The notes under the pieces: generated by a model | The model's database searches: none | What the model was told of the DNA's origin: nothing | The model's input: the letters and a program-made list of their open reading frames with translations, nothing else | Assembly (NCBI RefSeq): GCF_009914755.1 | Contig: NC_060928.1 | DNA from: the human T2T-CHM13v2.0 reference genome, Homo sapiens | Length of the DNA stretch: 64,000 nucleotides | Direction: 5' to 3' (one strand) | Shown: one piece after another, positions 13,179-27,221 of the stretch | Layout: each line of letters starts with the position of its first letter | Numbering within the stretch: position 1 is the first letter of the stretch | Program-made: the position numbers and the translations under genes

Positions 13179-15109
13179 TCTACTTTCAAAATACCTCTCT
13201 TCCCTGGTGTATGGCTGATTTTTAATATGTCAAATTTATACTATAATCAAAATTTGTACTATAATCAAAAGCAAATGTGAGTCATCTGCGCAGGAAAACA
13301 AGGTATATTAAGAAACTGTGGAAAAGTTGAAAGTGTGTGGCAAGAGTCATAAAGGATTATTATTCTCTTATCCAGATTCATCCATTGTAAATTGAACCAT
13401 TAACATAAGTTTTGTGTATTATCCTAATGAAGAGTAACATACTATGGTGTAGAAAAGATTTTTCACATATTACATGTGAAAGTAATATAAAATCAGAAGG
13501 ATTGCTGATCATGATTCAGAATCCAAGAGAATGCTTTGAGATCTTGATTTCATTAATAATTTAGGCCTGAAATATATTTCCATGGAAATCGTTAAGAAAA
13601 CTCTATCATTATATCAATGTGAATATCAATTTTGTATAACATCAAATCATGTCCCATTGTTTCTGGTCTAGATCATTAAAGGCTTCTATTGATATTACCT
13701 TTAGGCCAGAAGATTCTAAAATAGTTAAGTCATTTAGAATTTAAGGACCTCATTGTGGTAAAATTTAGTGAGTATTAAGAATGTAGCTGAAATAATTAGG
13801 CTTGTTCTACTTCAGAAAACTCACTCCCTGGTGGCTTTTGGAAAGAAATGATGTTGGAAACTAATTGGGGTTTAAATAAAGTGTTTAGTGTCTGCAAACT
13901 TCTTACAGGCTTCTCAGTCATGGGTATGATTAAAGCTTAAGTCATATATAATTTGCAATTAGAGATTATGATGAAATTTTATTCAATATAGCTTTTTTTT
14001 CTGAGAAAGTAAATATTAAGTTCTTTTGAAAATCTCTTAGAGAAAAATAGATATTTTTAAAGGGGTATTACAGAAAAATTGAAGATGACATTTTGAATAC
14101 CTATTCTTATCTTTATCCATTCAAGAAGATGCATCTGCCAGGTGTTTGGAAGTTTGTTTACACAGTGTCCTAGTGAGGTAGGAAACACAAATTTACAGTT
14201 TGGAGTTCAAGCCTGTGGACATTAGCTTTAGCCATGAAAGTTGATGTCATATTAACTTAGAAAAGAAGAGGCAAGAGAATAAATATATTAGGAGGTCCCC
14301 ACAATATGCAGAGACAGCAAGAAAGAGCCATAAAGGATGCTAATTTGGTCAGAAAAAGTGGTAATAGTAAAACTAGTATAGCACGATGCCAAAGAGAGAA
14401 AAGAATTTAAAAAACCCAGTAGGTGAAGAGGCTATATGTGACAAGAGAGAAATTAAATTAACGGTGTTGAATATTGCAGCATTAGACATAAGGTGGCCAC
14501 AAAGAAAACACTGAATTTCACAAAGAAATAATTGGAACTTCGGCAGACATGTAATATTAAAGAGATTTTGAGTAAATGAGGACTGTCAACTATGAAAATG
14601 GAAATATTTTATAAATATTTTCTTCAGGAAGCTTAGTGAAGAAGAGCAAGAAAAAGGATGGAGGGTGTATTCAAGAAGGCAGATTGTTATTCTATTTATA
14701 ATATGAGACTGATTTCTGAAATATTTGTACACAGAAGGAAGAATTGAAAGAACAGAGAAAATGTTGAGACAGAAAAAAACTAACCGATTAACAATATGAA
14801 GCCTAGTAAGAGGGAGAAAGAGAAGCAATTCAGCTTACAGGGCTATATATGGTGAAGCAGACAGCATTCGAGGAGGAAAATAGTATTTATACAGCAACCA
14901 TTTTTCCAAGAACTTGTCTTGGATACTTAAAAAGTCCAACGTTATTTAAACACATGTTTACTCATTATTCTCTAAGATAGTAAAATATTACTGCTAAATG
15001 TTTTCATAATAAATGCTTGGTGTAGAAATAATTGTTTTCAAAAAGGAAGTTTCTCAAACTCAAACATTTTCAAAAATTTCTCACCTCTAAAATTTATTGC
15101 CTACTCTTT

Positions 15110-15960
15110 TTTTCTTAGTCAACAAATATTTATCAAGCACCTGTTATGTGTCAGGCACTGGTCCTGGCACAGTGAATTAAAAGGTGAAGAAGACAGGTTG
15201 AATCCCTGCCTTCTCACTGCTGCTAAATCAAATAAATACTATATATGTTAAAAAATTAAAATAACTAATGTTGTGGCTTTCAGAAGTATTAAGCAGTATA
15301 AAATATGTAACATGGCTTGAGAAATGTACAAGCTAAGGTAATCTGAATGCATTTTCCCTGGGAAGACATTCAATTGAAAATATGAATATAAAAAATGAAA
15401 CTATAGTATTTTACAGACAGTATTTCTGGAAGAAAGAATCATTAAGTGTAAATGACCAGAGAATAAACAAAAAATATGCTTAGAATATTTTGAAAAAAGA
15501 AAAAAAATGGTTACTGGATTACATACAAGAGGAGAGTGATGTTAGAGGGAGTTGCATTTGGATGTTAGGCTGGCACAAATATTAACATTGAGGAACAGAC
15601 AGATTGGATATTTGTTTTGAAGTTAGAGAAGATACAGAAGGTATAGAGGAATCATAGATGATGCCGTTTTTTAACCATACAAACGACTGGATAGTGATTA
15701 TATTTAATAAGTTGGAGATGACATGAATAGACTGCATCTTGAGAGAATTTTTTTGGTAAAAACCAATAGTACTCTTTTAGACATGGTAATCTGAAGGTAC
15801 CTTCTAGTGATATCTACATACAAAGAGAAGATGTATCCAGACTATTGGTGACTGCTGAAGGAATGAATGCAAGTAAGGAAGACTGAGAAGAGATAGTGAG
15901 ACAAGAAAAAAAATCAAGCTATATAGTGTTGTAGAAGACAGAGAAAACTGTGTTTTTCTG
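15110..15960 (-). mobile_element. L2 fragments
   Basis: caacaaatatttatcaagcacctgttatgtgtcaggcactgg is the L2 3' end in reverse. Degenerate L2-like sequence follows. Confidence 0.6.
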
Positions 15961-15989
15961 AAGGCAGGGTGAGGCAGTGGGAATCCCAA

Positions 15990-16072
15990 GAGTAGAGGTT
16001 GCAGTGAGCCCAGATCGCACCACTGCACTCCAGCCTGGGCAACAAAGTAAGACTCTGTCTCAACAACGACAA
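15990..16072 (+). mobile_element. Severely 5'-truncated Alu (3' ~80 bp)
   Basis: gaggttgcagtgagcccagatcgcaccactgcactccagcctgggcaacaaagtaagactctgtctc. Confidence 0.9.
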
Positions 16073-19050
16073 TAGAATGAATAGAGATTTAATTATCAGT
16101 GATTAGAAGGAAACATATTGTAGATAGAGAAAGCATCCCTAGTACCTCATAAACCCATTTATTCATCTATTAATTCATTCCTGCAACATATATTTGCTGA
16201 CCTAATATGTGCATAGCACTTTTAAAGTATTGTAAACTAGAGTGTGGAAAAATGATTGCAAAAGCAGCATTACTGGCTGGTGTTACATGAAAGTCAATGC
16301 ATAAATGACAGTTATCTAAATGATTATTTCAAACTTAAAAATCACATTTTAGAAAAGTTGATGCAATAAAGTATATCGCATAATTTACCCTAACACAGAG
16401 CATGATATACATATGTTAAAATAAGTATTCTATTATATTCAATATGTCCAATATATGTGCATATATTAACATATATCTAATGTATTCAGTTTTCTGAAAA
16501 AGTATTTATATCTTACCTATCTTATGCTTCTATATTTAAAAAACATAACATAATCTGTAGCATGATTCAGAACTGTGATTTTAAAATGCCATTACTTACA
16601 TAGTAATCATTTTCTATAAATGCATGTCATTTTATGAGGATATAGATATTCATTCTACTTACCGCATCCTCCCCACAACATTTGAATTAATTTCAGCAGC
16701 AGTTTAGAAACAAGTTTACTCAATTATTTTCATTTCATCCAGTGCTTAAGGACTCCAATTTTTTAAATAGATTGTTTAATACTCCACAAACAAGACTCAT
16801 ACTGCATTGCAGATTTATTTAAATTTTCTTTCACTTTACTTAACAAGATGTTTTAACAATTATTCTTTTTAATCATATATGTGATTACTGGTGTTTTGTC
16901 TTATGCTTAGGCATATACATTGCATGGTCTAATTTTTCTTCATTGATGAAAGGATTATAAGTTACAATGATAAAACCTGGTTTAATTTTTAACTAGTTGG
17001 GATCATTTAACTCCTTGCTTTTAGTAAAAATATCAGTATTTATATTTAACTATTGCAAATTGATTTTGTATATGTATCTTTTTCATGAAAAATGATTCAT
17101 TTCAAAAAATAAATTATGTGGCTAACTGTTTTCGCACACCTTCGATTTTCTCACTTACAGCAACTGCACTTCCAACTGTTAAATTCTGTCCACTATTTAT
17201 GGATTCAAATTGTTCAAAATTGTTGCATTTCTATTTTATCTAATCCCTTAATTCTAGCAACTAGACATGAGCCATTATTGAGCTACAGTCCCCAAATTTG
17301 CACTATGTTTGAAATAACATTCTCTATCCTGTTGCCATATGCCTAAACACTTGACCTGACACTCTGATTATGACCTAGTTCCTTCAGCAGGGGATCTTTC
17401 TTCTGGTCATCAAATCTGTTACATCCTCTGGTTCTGCACCTGCCCCCTACCTGGGACGTGATGTACTGTTGATCTTTGTTATTTCACAACGTCTGTGAAC
17501 TGTTTTTATTTTCTCTTTGCACTATACATAAAATAGGGGTAATAGCAGTACCTCCTTTGTTGTGAAGAATATTACCAAATTACTGATAAATATACTTATG
17601 TCTTACAAGTGCTTGTTCAATGAAAGCAATTATTATCATAAATAATGTGTATCTATATTTTATCCCACATAAACTATCCATAATATTATTAACATAACTT
17701 TAGACTTGTAGAAAAGAAGCAGGCATAGAGGTATTTGGGATCTAATTAAATGCATTTAAACTACTTTTATAAAAAAATAGCACATTTAAATTTAATGTTA
17801 ACATTTATGGCTAGAGAAAAAAATTTAAATGATGAGGAACTCCAACAGACTTCGAAATTATTAGTTGAAGAGTTGGTAAGTGTAGGAATATGAATGCAGA
17901 TGGCATTCTAAGTAAGGTTTAAGGATATCTCTTAAACCAGGAGACAGAAATTACAATGGTGAAAGTTTATCTACAAGAAGAAATGGACCTCCAGCATCTC
18001 TACAATGCCTTAAAAAAACTTCAACGTGAATACTTTTGTAGCTTATCAAGAATCATTGTAGAAATATGTAACCTAATTTCTTGAGCCCTTGTTTCCAGGT
18101 TTGATGTATATAAACCCATAGCATGGTTTTCACTTTTGTCTTGTCATGAATAATTAACATGACATAGGAAGCTCAATTAGTCTGGAATAAGATTCTCATC
18201 TTGCCTGAGATGGTAAGTTTTCTTAGAGATTAGTTATCTTCTAATTACTTACAAATTTAAATATAAATGCAAAAATTAAGGAGGAAATCAAATCCATACT
18301 TTATTACTCTTAAATTTAGAACAGTGTGCATATGTCTGTTAATGAAACTGGTTTTAATGTTTAAAAACTGTGCCATATTGGATGATTGACTAGATTAGCA
18401 TGTGAACCTAATTTAATATTATTTCAATTTTTTGAAAGTTTTAAAACTTGTTTGTGGCCTAAGATATGGTCTATAATTAAGAATTATACATATGCTGGGA
18501 AAATAATGTGTCTTCTGCAGCTGATGGATGAAGTGTTCTGTAAATATCTATTAGCTCCATTTGATCTGTAGTGCAGATTTAGTCCAATGTTTCTTTGTTG
18601 ATTTTCTGCCTCGAAGAGCTGTCCAGTGCTGAAAGTGGAGTATTGAGGACTCCAGCTACTATTGTGTTGGAGTCTATCTCTGTCTTTCGCTCTAATAACA
18701 TTTGCTTTGTATATCTGGGTGCTTCGGGGCTGGGTGCATATATATAGACATATATTTAAAATTGTTAAGCCCTCTTGCTGAATTGACCACTTTATCATTG
18801 TATAGTGACCTTCTTTGTCTCTTCTTACAGTTTTTTGTCTTGAAATTTATTTTTCTTTATATAATATAGCTACATCTGCTTTATTTTAGTTTCCATTGGC
18901 ATGGAATATCTTTTTCCATCCCTTTATTTTCAGTCTATGAAATGTGTTTCTTGTAGGTAACAGATCTTTTGGTCTTGTTTTTTTTTTCCTTAATCCATTC
19001 AGCCACCCTGTCTTTTGATTGGGAAGTTTAGTCCATTTACATTCAATGTT

Positions 19051-19406
19051 TGTATTAGTCCATTTTCATGCTGCTCATAAGACATACCCAAGACTGCGTA
19101 ATTTATAAAGAACAAGAATTTAATGGACTCTCAGCTACACATGGCTAGGGAGGCCTCATAATTATGGCAGAAGGTGAGAGGCACATCTTACATGTGGCAG
19201 ACAAGAGAGAATGAGAACCAAGTGAAAGGGGTTTCCCCTTATGAAACCATCAGCTCTCATGAGACTTATCCACTGCCATGAGAACAGATGGGAGAAACTG
19301 CCCCCATGATTCCATTATCTCCCAGTGGGTCCTTCTCACAACATGTGGGAATTATGGGAGCTACAATTCAAGTTGAGATTCTGGGGGACACAGCCAAACC
19401 ATGTCA
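19051..19406 (-). mobile_element. THE1B-like solo LTR (MaLR) inside the L1
   Basis: tgtattagtccattttcatgctgc...cagccaaaccatgtca. Perfect 5-bp TSD ATGTT at 19046-19050 and 19407-19411. Confidence 0.92.
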
Positions 19407-21956
19407 ATGTTATTATTGATAAGCAAAGCCTTAAACTGGTCATTTTGCTATTTGTTTTCTGATTGTGTTGTGGTCTTTTCCTCCTTTTTCTTTCTTCCAA
19501 TCTTCCTTTTACTGCAGTTGATTATCTCTGGTAGTATGTTCTAATGTCTGGCTTTTTATTTTTTGTATATCTGTTGTATTATTTTGATTTGAGGTTACCA
19601 TGAGGCTTGTGAATTCTATCTCATAACCCACTATTTTAAGCTGATAACAGCTTAACACTGGATGCATAAACAAACAAGCAAGCAAATAGAAAACCAATAA
19701 AAATTCTACAACTTAACTTTGTCCCTCCACTTTTTAACCTTTTGCTATTTCTATTTATATCTTCTTGTACTTTGTCTTGAAAAGTTATTGTAGTTATTAT
19801 TTTTTATTGGTTCATCATTTAGTTTTTTTACTTAAGGTAAGACGTAGTTTATACAACACAGTCACAATGTTATACTACTCTGTGTTTTTCTGTGTACTTA
19901 ATATTACCAGTAAATTTTCTACCTTCAGGTGATTTCTTATTGCTCATTAACACCCTTTTATTTCTGAGTGAACTTTCTGAGTCAAGAACTCCCTTTAGCA
20001 TTTCTTGTAGGGCAGAAACTGTTTTGATTAAATCCCTCAAGTTTTGTTTGTCTGAGGAAGTCTATTTCTCCTTCATGCTTGAAGAATATTTTCACCAGAT
20101 ATATTATTCTATGGTGCCACTTTTTTTTTCTTCAACACTTTAGATATATCATGCCACTCTCCCCGGCTTATAAGGTTTCCACTGAAAAGTCTGCTGCCAG
20201 ACATATTGAATCTCCATTGTCAATATGTTAAGTGTTTCTTTTTTCTTATCACTTTTAGGATCTTGTCTTTACTCTTGGCCTTTGGGAGTTGGATTATTAA
20301 ATGCCTTGAAGTAGTCTTCTTTGGGTTAAATCTGATTGGTGTTCTATAATCTTCTTTTACTTGGATGTTGATATCTTTCTCTAGGTTTGGGAAACTCTGT
20401 GTTATTATCCCTTTGAATAAACTTTCTATCCATATCTGTTTTCTACTTCCTCTTTAAAACCAGTAAGTCTTATATTTGACCTTTTTATTTTCTAGATCTA
20501 GGCATGCTTCATTCTTTTTCATTCTTTTTTTTTTGTCTCCTCTGACTGTGTATTGTTAAGTAACCTATCTTCAAGCTCACTAATTCTTTCTTCTGCTTAA
20601 TCATTTCTGCTATTAAAAGACAATGCATTCTTCAATATGCCAATTGCATTTTTCAACTCTTGAATTTATGCTTGTTTCTTTGAAATTATTTCAATCACTT
20701 TGTTAAATTTGTCTGACAGAATCCTGAATTCCTTCTCTGTAATATTTTGAATTTCTTTGAGTTTCCTTAAAACAGCTATTTTGAATTCTCTGTCTGAAAG
20801 GTGACATATCTTTGTTTCTCCAGGATTGGTTTCCGGTGCCTTATTATTTTATGAGGTTATGTTTTCCTGGATTGTCTCGATGCTTAAGGATATTTCTCTG
20901 TGTCTGGGCATTGAAGAGTTTTTGTAGTCTGTGCTTCTTTGTACCCGTCTTTCTCAGGAAGGTTTTCTAGGTATTTAAAAGGACGTAGGTGTTGTGATCT
21001 AAGCCATATATGCATTAGAGGACACCCCAAGCCCAGTAACATTTTGGTTCTTGTAGACTGGTAGAGGTACGGCCTTGATATCCTTGGATAGGATCCAGAA
21101 CAATTCTCTTAATTACCCGGCAGAGACTCTTGTTCTCTTTCCTAACTTTCTCTGAAACAAATGGAGTTTTTCTCTCTGTTCTGAGCTGCGTGAAGCCAGA
21201 GGTGGAATGATGCAGCACCCCTGTGGCCACCATCACTTGAACTACACTGGGTCAGATCTGAAGCCAGCACAGCACTAGATCTCACTCAAGGCCTGCTGTA
21301 ACCACTACCTGGATAATGCCTATCTGCACTCAAGCCTCTGGGGCTCTACAATCAGCAGGTAGACAAGCCAGTCAGGCCGTTGTTCTTTCCTTCAGCACAG
21401 CAAGTGTCCGCAAGCCCCAATTAGGTCCAGACGTGCCATCCAGGAGCCAAAAATTGGAGTAAAAAACCTGAGAAGCCTACTGGTGTTCTATTGTAGGATG
21501 GCTGAGCTGGCACTCAAACCATGAGATGCAGTTCTTTGTACTCTTCCCTCCCCTTTCCACAGTCAGAGGAGCTTCTCCCCATGGCCACCACAGCTACATG
21601 CCCATGGGGAGTACTTCCAGGCTCCCACCAGGGTTCACTTAAAGGCCCAAGGGCTCTTCAGTCAGATCGTGGTGAATGCTGCCTAACCTGGGACTCACCC
21701 ATCAGGGCAGTGGACTCCCTTCTGGTCCAGGGCAGGTTCAGAAATGCCATCCAAGAGCCAATGCCTGGAAATGGGGGCCCCAAAAGCCCATTTTGGGCTC
21801 TACCCCCTGTGGCTGAGCTGATACCTAAGGTATAAGACAAAGTCCCCTTTCTTTTTCTCTCCATTTTTCTCAAGTTAAAGGAGTCTCTATCTGTCACCAC
21901 CACACCTGGGAACGTGCTAAGTCTCACCTGAAGCCAGCAAGTGTCAGAGTCTCTCC

Positions 21957-22318
21957 TATATTAATCCATTTTCACACTGCTATAAAGATACTACCTGAGA
22001 CTGAGTAATTTATAAACAAAAGAGGTTTAATTGACTCACAGTTCAGTTCTGCATGAATGGGGAAGACTCAGAAAACTTATAATCGTGGCAAAAGGGAAGC
22101 AAACAACTTTTTCACAAGACAGCAAAAGAGAGCATGCATGAGGAAGTGCCACATTTTAAAACCATCAGTAGTTGTGAGAACTCACTCACCAACATGATAA
22201 CAGCATGAGGGGAACCGCCCCCATGATCCAATCACCTCACACCAGGTCCGTTCATCAACACATGGGGATTGCAATTTGAGATGAAATTTGGGTGGTGACA
22301 CAGGGCCAAACAATATCA
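21957..22318 (-). mobile_element. THE1D/MSTA-like solo LTR inside the L1 5'UTR
   Basis: tatattaatccattttcacactgctataaag...gacacagggccaaacaatatca. Degenerate TSD tctcc/tcaac. Confidence 0.88.
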
Positions 22319-23299
22319 TCAACCAAGGCCATGGCATACTACCTGGGTATCACTGCTGGTTATTTAGGGCCCAAGAGCTCTTCAGTTAGCAGGTGATGGA
22401 TCTTGCCAGGACTGGGTCCTTCTCTTCAAGCCAGTAGGTTTCCTTCTTGCTCAGGGTGTGTCTAGAAAAGTCATCTGAGAGCTAGGGCCTGGAAACGGGC
22501 CTTCTGACTGATGCCCTATTCTACTATGGCTGAGCTGGTATTGAAGATACAAGACAAAGTCTTCTCACTCTTCCTTCTCTTCTCCTTAAGTGGAAGGAAG
22601 TTGTCGTTTTTGAAGCCAGGAACTGTGCAGCCTAGGATTTGGGGAGGGGTGGCACAAACACTCCCTTAGCCACCCTGGCTGGTGTCAGTAGGTTGCATGC
22701 CCCCAAGTTCACTGGCTCTGAGCTTAATTCATCCTTTGGACTCAGCTAGCAGTTGCAGTTCTTGTATCCTAGATTGCCTTTCAAGTTAATTGTGAGCCCC
22801 AGAGCCCTTTAGCCTGTGCTGGTGGAACTTACCAGAAATCATGTCTCAAATCCTGGGATGAATGATTCCCCTCTAGGTAGGGCTGGTTTAAATACTCCTT
22901 CCACAGGAGCTGAGTTCAGCCCAGTTTTGCTTTCTACTATGGTGGGGAAGCACTGAGATTAATGCAGTGCCTCACAATTGCTGCACTCACTCTCTCCCAA
23001 GAGTTCAAATTCTCTCTCTGTGCCATGTGGCCATTGCTGGGGGATTGGAGAGGGGTGGCCTTGGTGATTCAAGAATCTTTTTTACCATCTTCAACGGTTC
23101 TTTCAGTGATATGTAGTTAAAACCATGTACTGTGAGTGCTCATATGATTTTTGATTTGTTGAGCTGTTTTTTGTGCGTGTTTGTAGAGAGTTGTTAAATT
23201 GGTGTCTTTGAAGTACGGGGCAATCAATGAAGCCTTCTATTTGGCCATTACACTGCTCCTCCTTTCCTATGAACCTAATTCAAAATGTCACTGAGTTCA

Positions 23300-25430
23300 C
23301 ATTACTGGTAATGATGAAGTAGCTTTATAAGAAATTATTTTGCCTGTGGCGGTTATACATTTTAGATAAGAAAAGTAAAAAAAAGAATTTATTGAAGAAA
23401 AAAAGCAGTAAAAGAACTATACAAGATTTGATTCTTGAAAAATAATTGAGCTCTGTAAGACTTGAACTTAAATGGCTTCTTAATGGAGTAGGCACTTCCT
23501 AGTCCGTCTTGTGTAGGGTGGCTACAACTGAAGCAGAGCGACATATACAATCTTATTAGATTACAGTCAACGAATGGAATATGAGACTAATAGAGTATCT
23601 AAAGTGAATGGGAAAATCCGAAAAGTAGAAGCTTAAAGAAAGGTGAACCCTTAAAACTGCATAAAAACTCCATCCCTAAAGTGTGCATGCTTTGAGGCTT
23701 TGAGGAGACTCCAATATTCCTAGCCAGAAGGAATAGCTGAAAGCCTGAATGAATGGGGCTGTCACATGTGTTAACCTCTGCAGCGGTAATTGAATTCAGA
23801 GTTTGAGTACACTTAAATTACTTCCTGTTAGAACAATAAAAAATTAAGAGTCTTCAGAAAAAAAACAGTGAAACCCAGAAACTTTAAAATAAATCACCTG
23901 GAATGTATAGTATGCAATAAAATACTACCAGACAAAAAACATCAACCATTATTAAAAAAAAAAAGTCAAGGGAAATGGACTCCATGATGACCAAGATGAC
24001 AGAATTAGCAGACAATCGCTTTTAAGTAGCATTTGTAAATTTGTTCATGTTAAAAGAAAACTATGGTCATTGTAAAAGAAGTGATACAGAATCTCAACAA
24101 TGAAATAAATACTATATTTAAAACAATGGAAATTCTAGAACTAATATGAGGAATGAATATAATAAAAATTGAAATAAAAAATTGAGCATCAATGTGCTCT
24201 GAAAAGATATCAAATGCTACAATAAAGGTGGTGTTTAAGTATTTACTAAAAAGTTGGACAGAAGTTGCCACATATTTTGAGAAACGCGTATATCTCCAAA
24301 TGAATCCCAAGCAAGATATTTGTAAAGTAAATCAAACCTAAGTAATTACTAATCACTCTGCTAAAAGCCAAATATAAAAAGATTTTAAAGTATTCAGAAA
24401 AAAGAGATGAGGGAACAATGATATAAATTATCTGGCTGATTATTGGAATCAGTGAGAACCAAAAGACAAAGAACAACACCTTCAATGGACTAAAAGAAAA
24501 AAACAATAAAACTGTCATCCCAGAATTGTATATTCAGAAAAATACTCTTCAGATGTGAAGACCAATATTACAATTTTGGATAAATATACACCGATAGAAT
24601 CAATCACTAGCAGATCTATGCCCTACACTGTGAGAAATGATAAGAACTTTCTTTTTTCAAGATAAATGGAAATGACACAAGGTTATGTAATTTGAATTTA
24701 TGAATTTATAGGAAATAATAAATATGTTATCATGTATATATTTTTACTCAATTATAATTAATCACAGTTAATATTAGTACAATATTAACTCTAATAAGAA
24801 TAGGATTGGAAAAACATACATATTATAATCTTAAAGTAATGACTAAATACTAATGCATAAAATATAGCTAATTAATAAATAAAAATAAAATACTAAGCAT
24901 ATTTGATTGACAAAAACAGATCAAGGAAATAAAGGAAGAGTAGAGTAAAACAAAACAGATGATGACATGGCAAAATGGTAGACATAATACTAACCATAGC
25001 AAATAGTATGCTAAATGTAAATGAAATCAAAGCAAATAGTACTTTAAAATGTAAATGAAGTAAAAACTCCAATGTAAAAAAAGGCATTGTCAATAAAAAT
25101 TAAGACATAATTAGATGCTACTTACAAGAGATTAATTCTAAACATAATGACATAGTAGTATAAAAGTAAAATAAGGTAAACATTAAAGGATTAATCATAA
25201 AACCAGCCAAGATGGCTAAAATAATAACCATATAAATACATTTCAAGGCAGAGAGCATATATACAGATAGATACATTTAATAGCAATAAACATGTATAGT
25301 TCAGGAGGGAGTTACTAATAATATACATGTACTTAATAATAGAGGTTAAAATATATAAAGCCAAAACTGATAGAACTGATAGAACTTGAAAATGTCAAGA
25401 TGAAAAAACAGAAGAAAGACTTCATAATTT
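23300..25430 (+). mobile_element. Ancient L1M4/L1MD-ME 5' region (ORF1 and start of ORF2), heavily degenerate
   Basis: A-rich. Motifs gaattagcagacaa, atggaaattctagaact, aactgtcatcccagaattgtatattcag and ctaaatgtaaatg are typical of old L1 ORF1/EN. Confidence 0.65.
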
Positions 25431-25454
25431 TAGAATAAAATATGTTAAATATAT

Positions 25455-25860
25455 AAAATAAAGAAATGTGATATGTGATCCTGAGCTGGAATTTGTAATA
25501 AAATATAAAGGAAGACATTATTAAAATGATTAATGGGTTTTTAATATGGACAATGAATTAGATAATATTATTGTATCAATGTTAAATTTTCTGACTTTAA
25601 TCTTTCTAATATGGTTATGTCAGAGAATGTCCTTCTTGGGAAATGCAAATTGAAATGTTTAGGTGCAAAGGACCATGATATCTCCAATGTAGTCTCAAAT
25701 AGTTCAGAAAAAATAATTATATAGAGCAAGAGAGAGAGAGAATATAAACACATAGTGAGAAAACATGTAGATAGCTGGTTAATCTGGATAAAGGGTGTTC
25801 AGGAGTCTCCTGTAGCATGCTGATAATTTTTCTGCATTTTAGAAATTATATTAAAATAAG
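25455..25860 (+). mobile_element. L1MC4/MC5/ME-type 3'UTR
   Basis: ttgtatcaatgttaaattttctga...gagaatgtccttcttgggaaatgc...ctcaaatagttcagaaaaa...aatctggataaaggg. Confidence 0.75.
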
Positions 25861-27221
25861 ACAAAAGTACTCAAAAAGTTGTGTTCTCTTGGAATATTTT
25901 GAATATAAAATTTGATAATTTGACAGACTGAAAACAATAGTTTTAGAGAACTTAATTTATGTTTTTAATGATTTTATTTAGTTAAATTTATAAGAATCAT
26001 TTAGGTATTTTGCATAATTTTTCTCATTATTTTAAGCTTGTTTGTTCAGGCATTTTGGTGCTTGAAAAGATAACTGAGCATTTTTAATATATGTAAAATT
26101 TCATACATTTTTCGTGTGGCTAATGATTAAAATATTTATTTGACTTGTTCTAACTATAATCGGAGCCTCCCCAGAAAGTAATATTTCTTTGGAAATTAAA
26201 ATTTAATAGACTTATGAATAAAATAACAAGATATAGGGGTATCACTTAAGAACATAACTAACTTTTCTAGTTAGTTAACAGATCCTGACTTTTTAAAACA
26301 AAATCTGACTTCTACCAATTAAAAAAAAAGAAAGATAAAAGACGAAAGCCCACATTAATTCATTTTAGTACTTGGACCATATTCTTTGCATTGTAATTCA
26401 CCTACCAGGGTGTTATCACTCCAGTGATTTGCAAAGTATTCACTATTTACTTATCTAATTCAGCCCTTTATTGCCAGTAAGACTGTCTCTGATAGGACTA
26501 GCAAAATTCCTGTTGTTTCAAAATTAAAATTGAGTGTTTATAACATAATTTCTTGAAGGAGTATAGAATCATTTAGAGTAGATAATTCAATGTATATTAC
26601 TAAGAATTGCAAAAGTATGTGCCAATAGTGGAAACCACTTTCTTTTTGGAAAAGCTGAGGTTACTTGGCAGCTCACATTCCTCTGGGGAGGTTAATCTTG
26701 CCTGTGTCTGAAACATGTTACCATAATTTTTGACACATTTTTTTACTTGATCGTATTTGACAGCACTTAACAATTAAAGACACCATATTTTGACCTTGAA
26801 TTCTTAGGGCATTTCTATAGTGACACTTGTGTTGGTTTTTGTTGAAAGGAAGGATTTGTCTTGATTGCTGATTTGCCTTTTGTATCATTTGATGTTTTAG
26901 AGTCTTGACATATCTGTAAATTCAAGCTAAGAAATGTGCTGATGTGGAGAAATACACAAGCATCGGGCTTCCTTTTCAACTTTGATTCCACATCTGAGGC
27001 AAAGTGAAAAGGAGACTGTTGTTTAATAGGATAAACCCATAGCCCCGAGAAGTGCTTATTATAAAACCAAAGTAGAAAAGTTGTTAATTTTCTATTGGTT
27101 CAGTATAACAAGTCCTTCCCAAGATAGTTTCATTGATGAAATTTTTAAAAAGTATCTGAAAAATAATAGTTAGAAAAGGACAACTTCATACCCAATTGAT
27201 GAACTTTAATTTTTAAATAAA

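Larger units (their letters stand above)
18414..23269 (-). mobile_element. L1M (L1M1/M2, L1MA-type) 5' half: 5'UTR, ORF1 and ORF2 endonuclease region, 3'-truncated
   Basis: Minus strand starts like an L1M 5' end (ggagcagtgtaatggccaaatagaaggc). The 5'UTR has repeated ggctgagctg modules. EN-domain remnant SIQQEGLTILNI is in ORF 18484-18798. Flanked by tgaacctaatt on both sides. Confidence 0.85.

Noticed and set aside
12782-13225. 147-aa ORF, and similar ORFs at 4827, 32075, 32794, 37609, 39459 and 39702
   Set aside because: They are Alu- or microsatellite-derived reading frames (LECSG, SWDYR motifs).
13231-13270. ~21-bp tandem duplication (aattt.tactataatcaaa)
   Set aside because: Ordinary slippage duplication with no further structure.
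17805-18060. Short acidic peptide start (MAREKNLNDEELQQ...) reminiscent of a DNA-transposase N-terminus
   Set aside because: The frame closes after about 28 codons and I see no terminal inverted repeats or catalytic motifs.
21490-22570. Three dispersed ggctgagctg...aagacaaagtc-like modules
   Set aside because: They lie within the L1M 5'UTR, where such internal repeats are a family feature.
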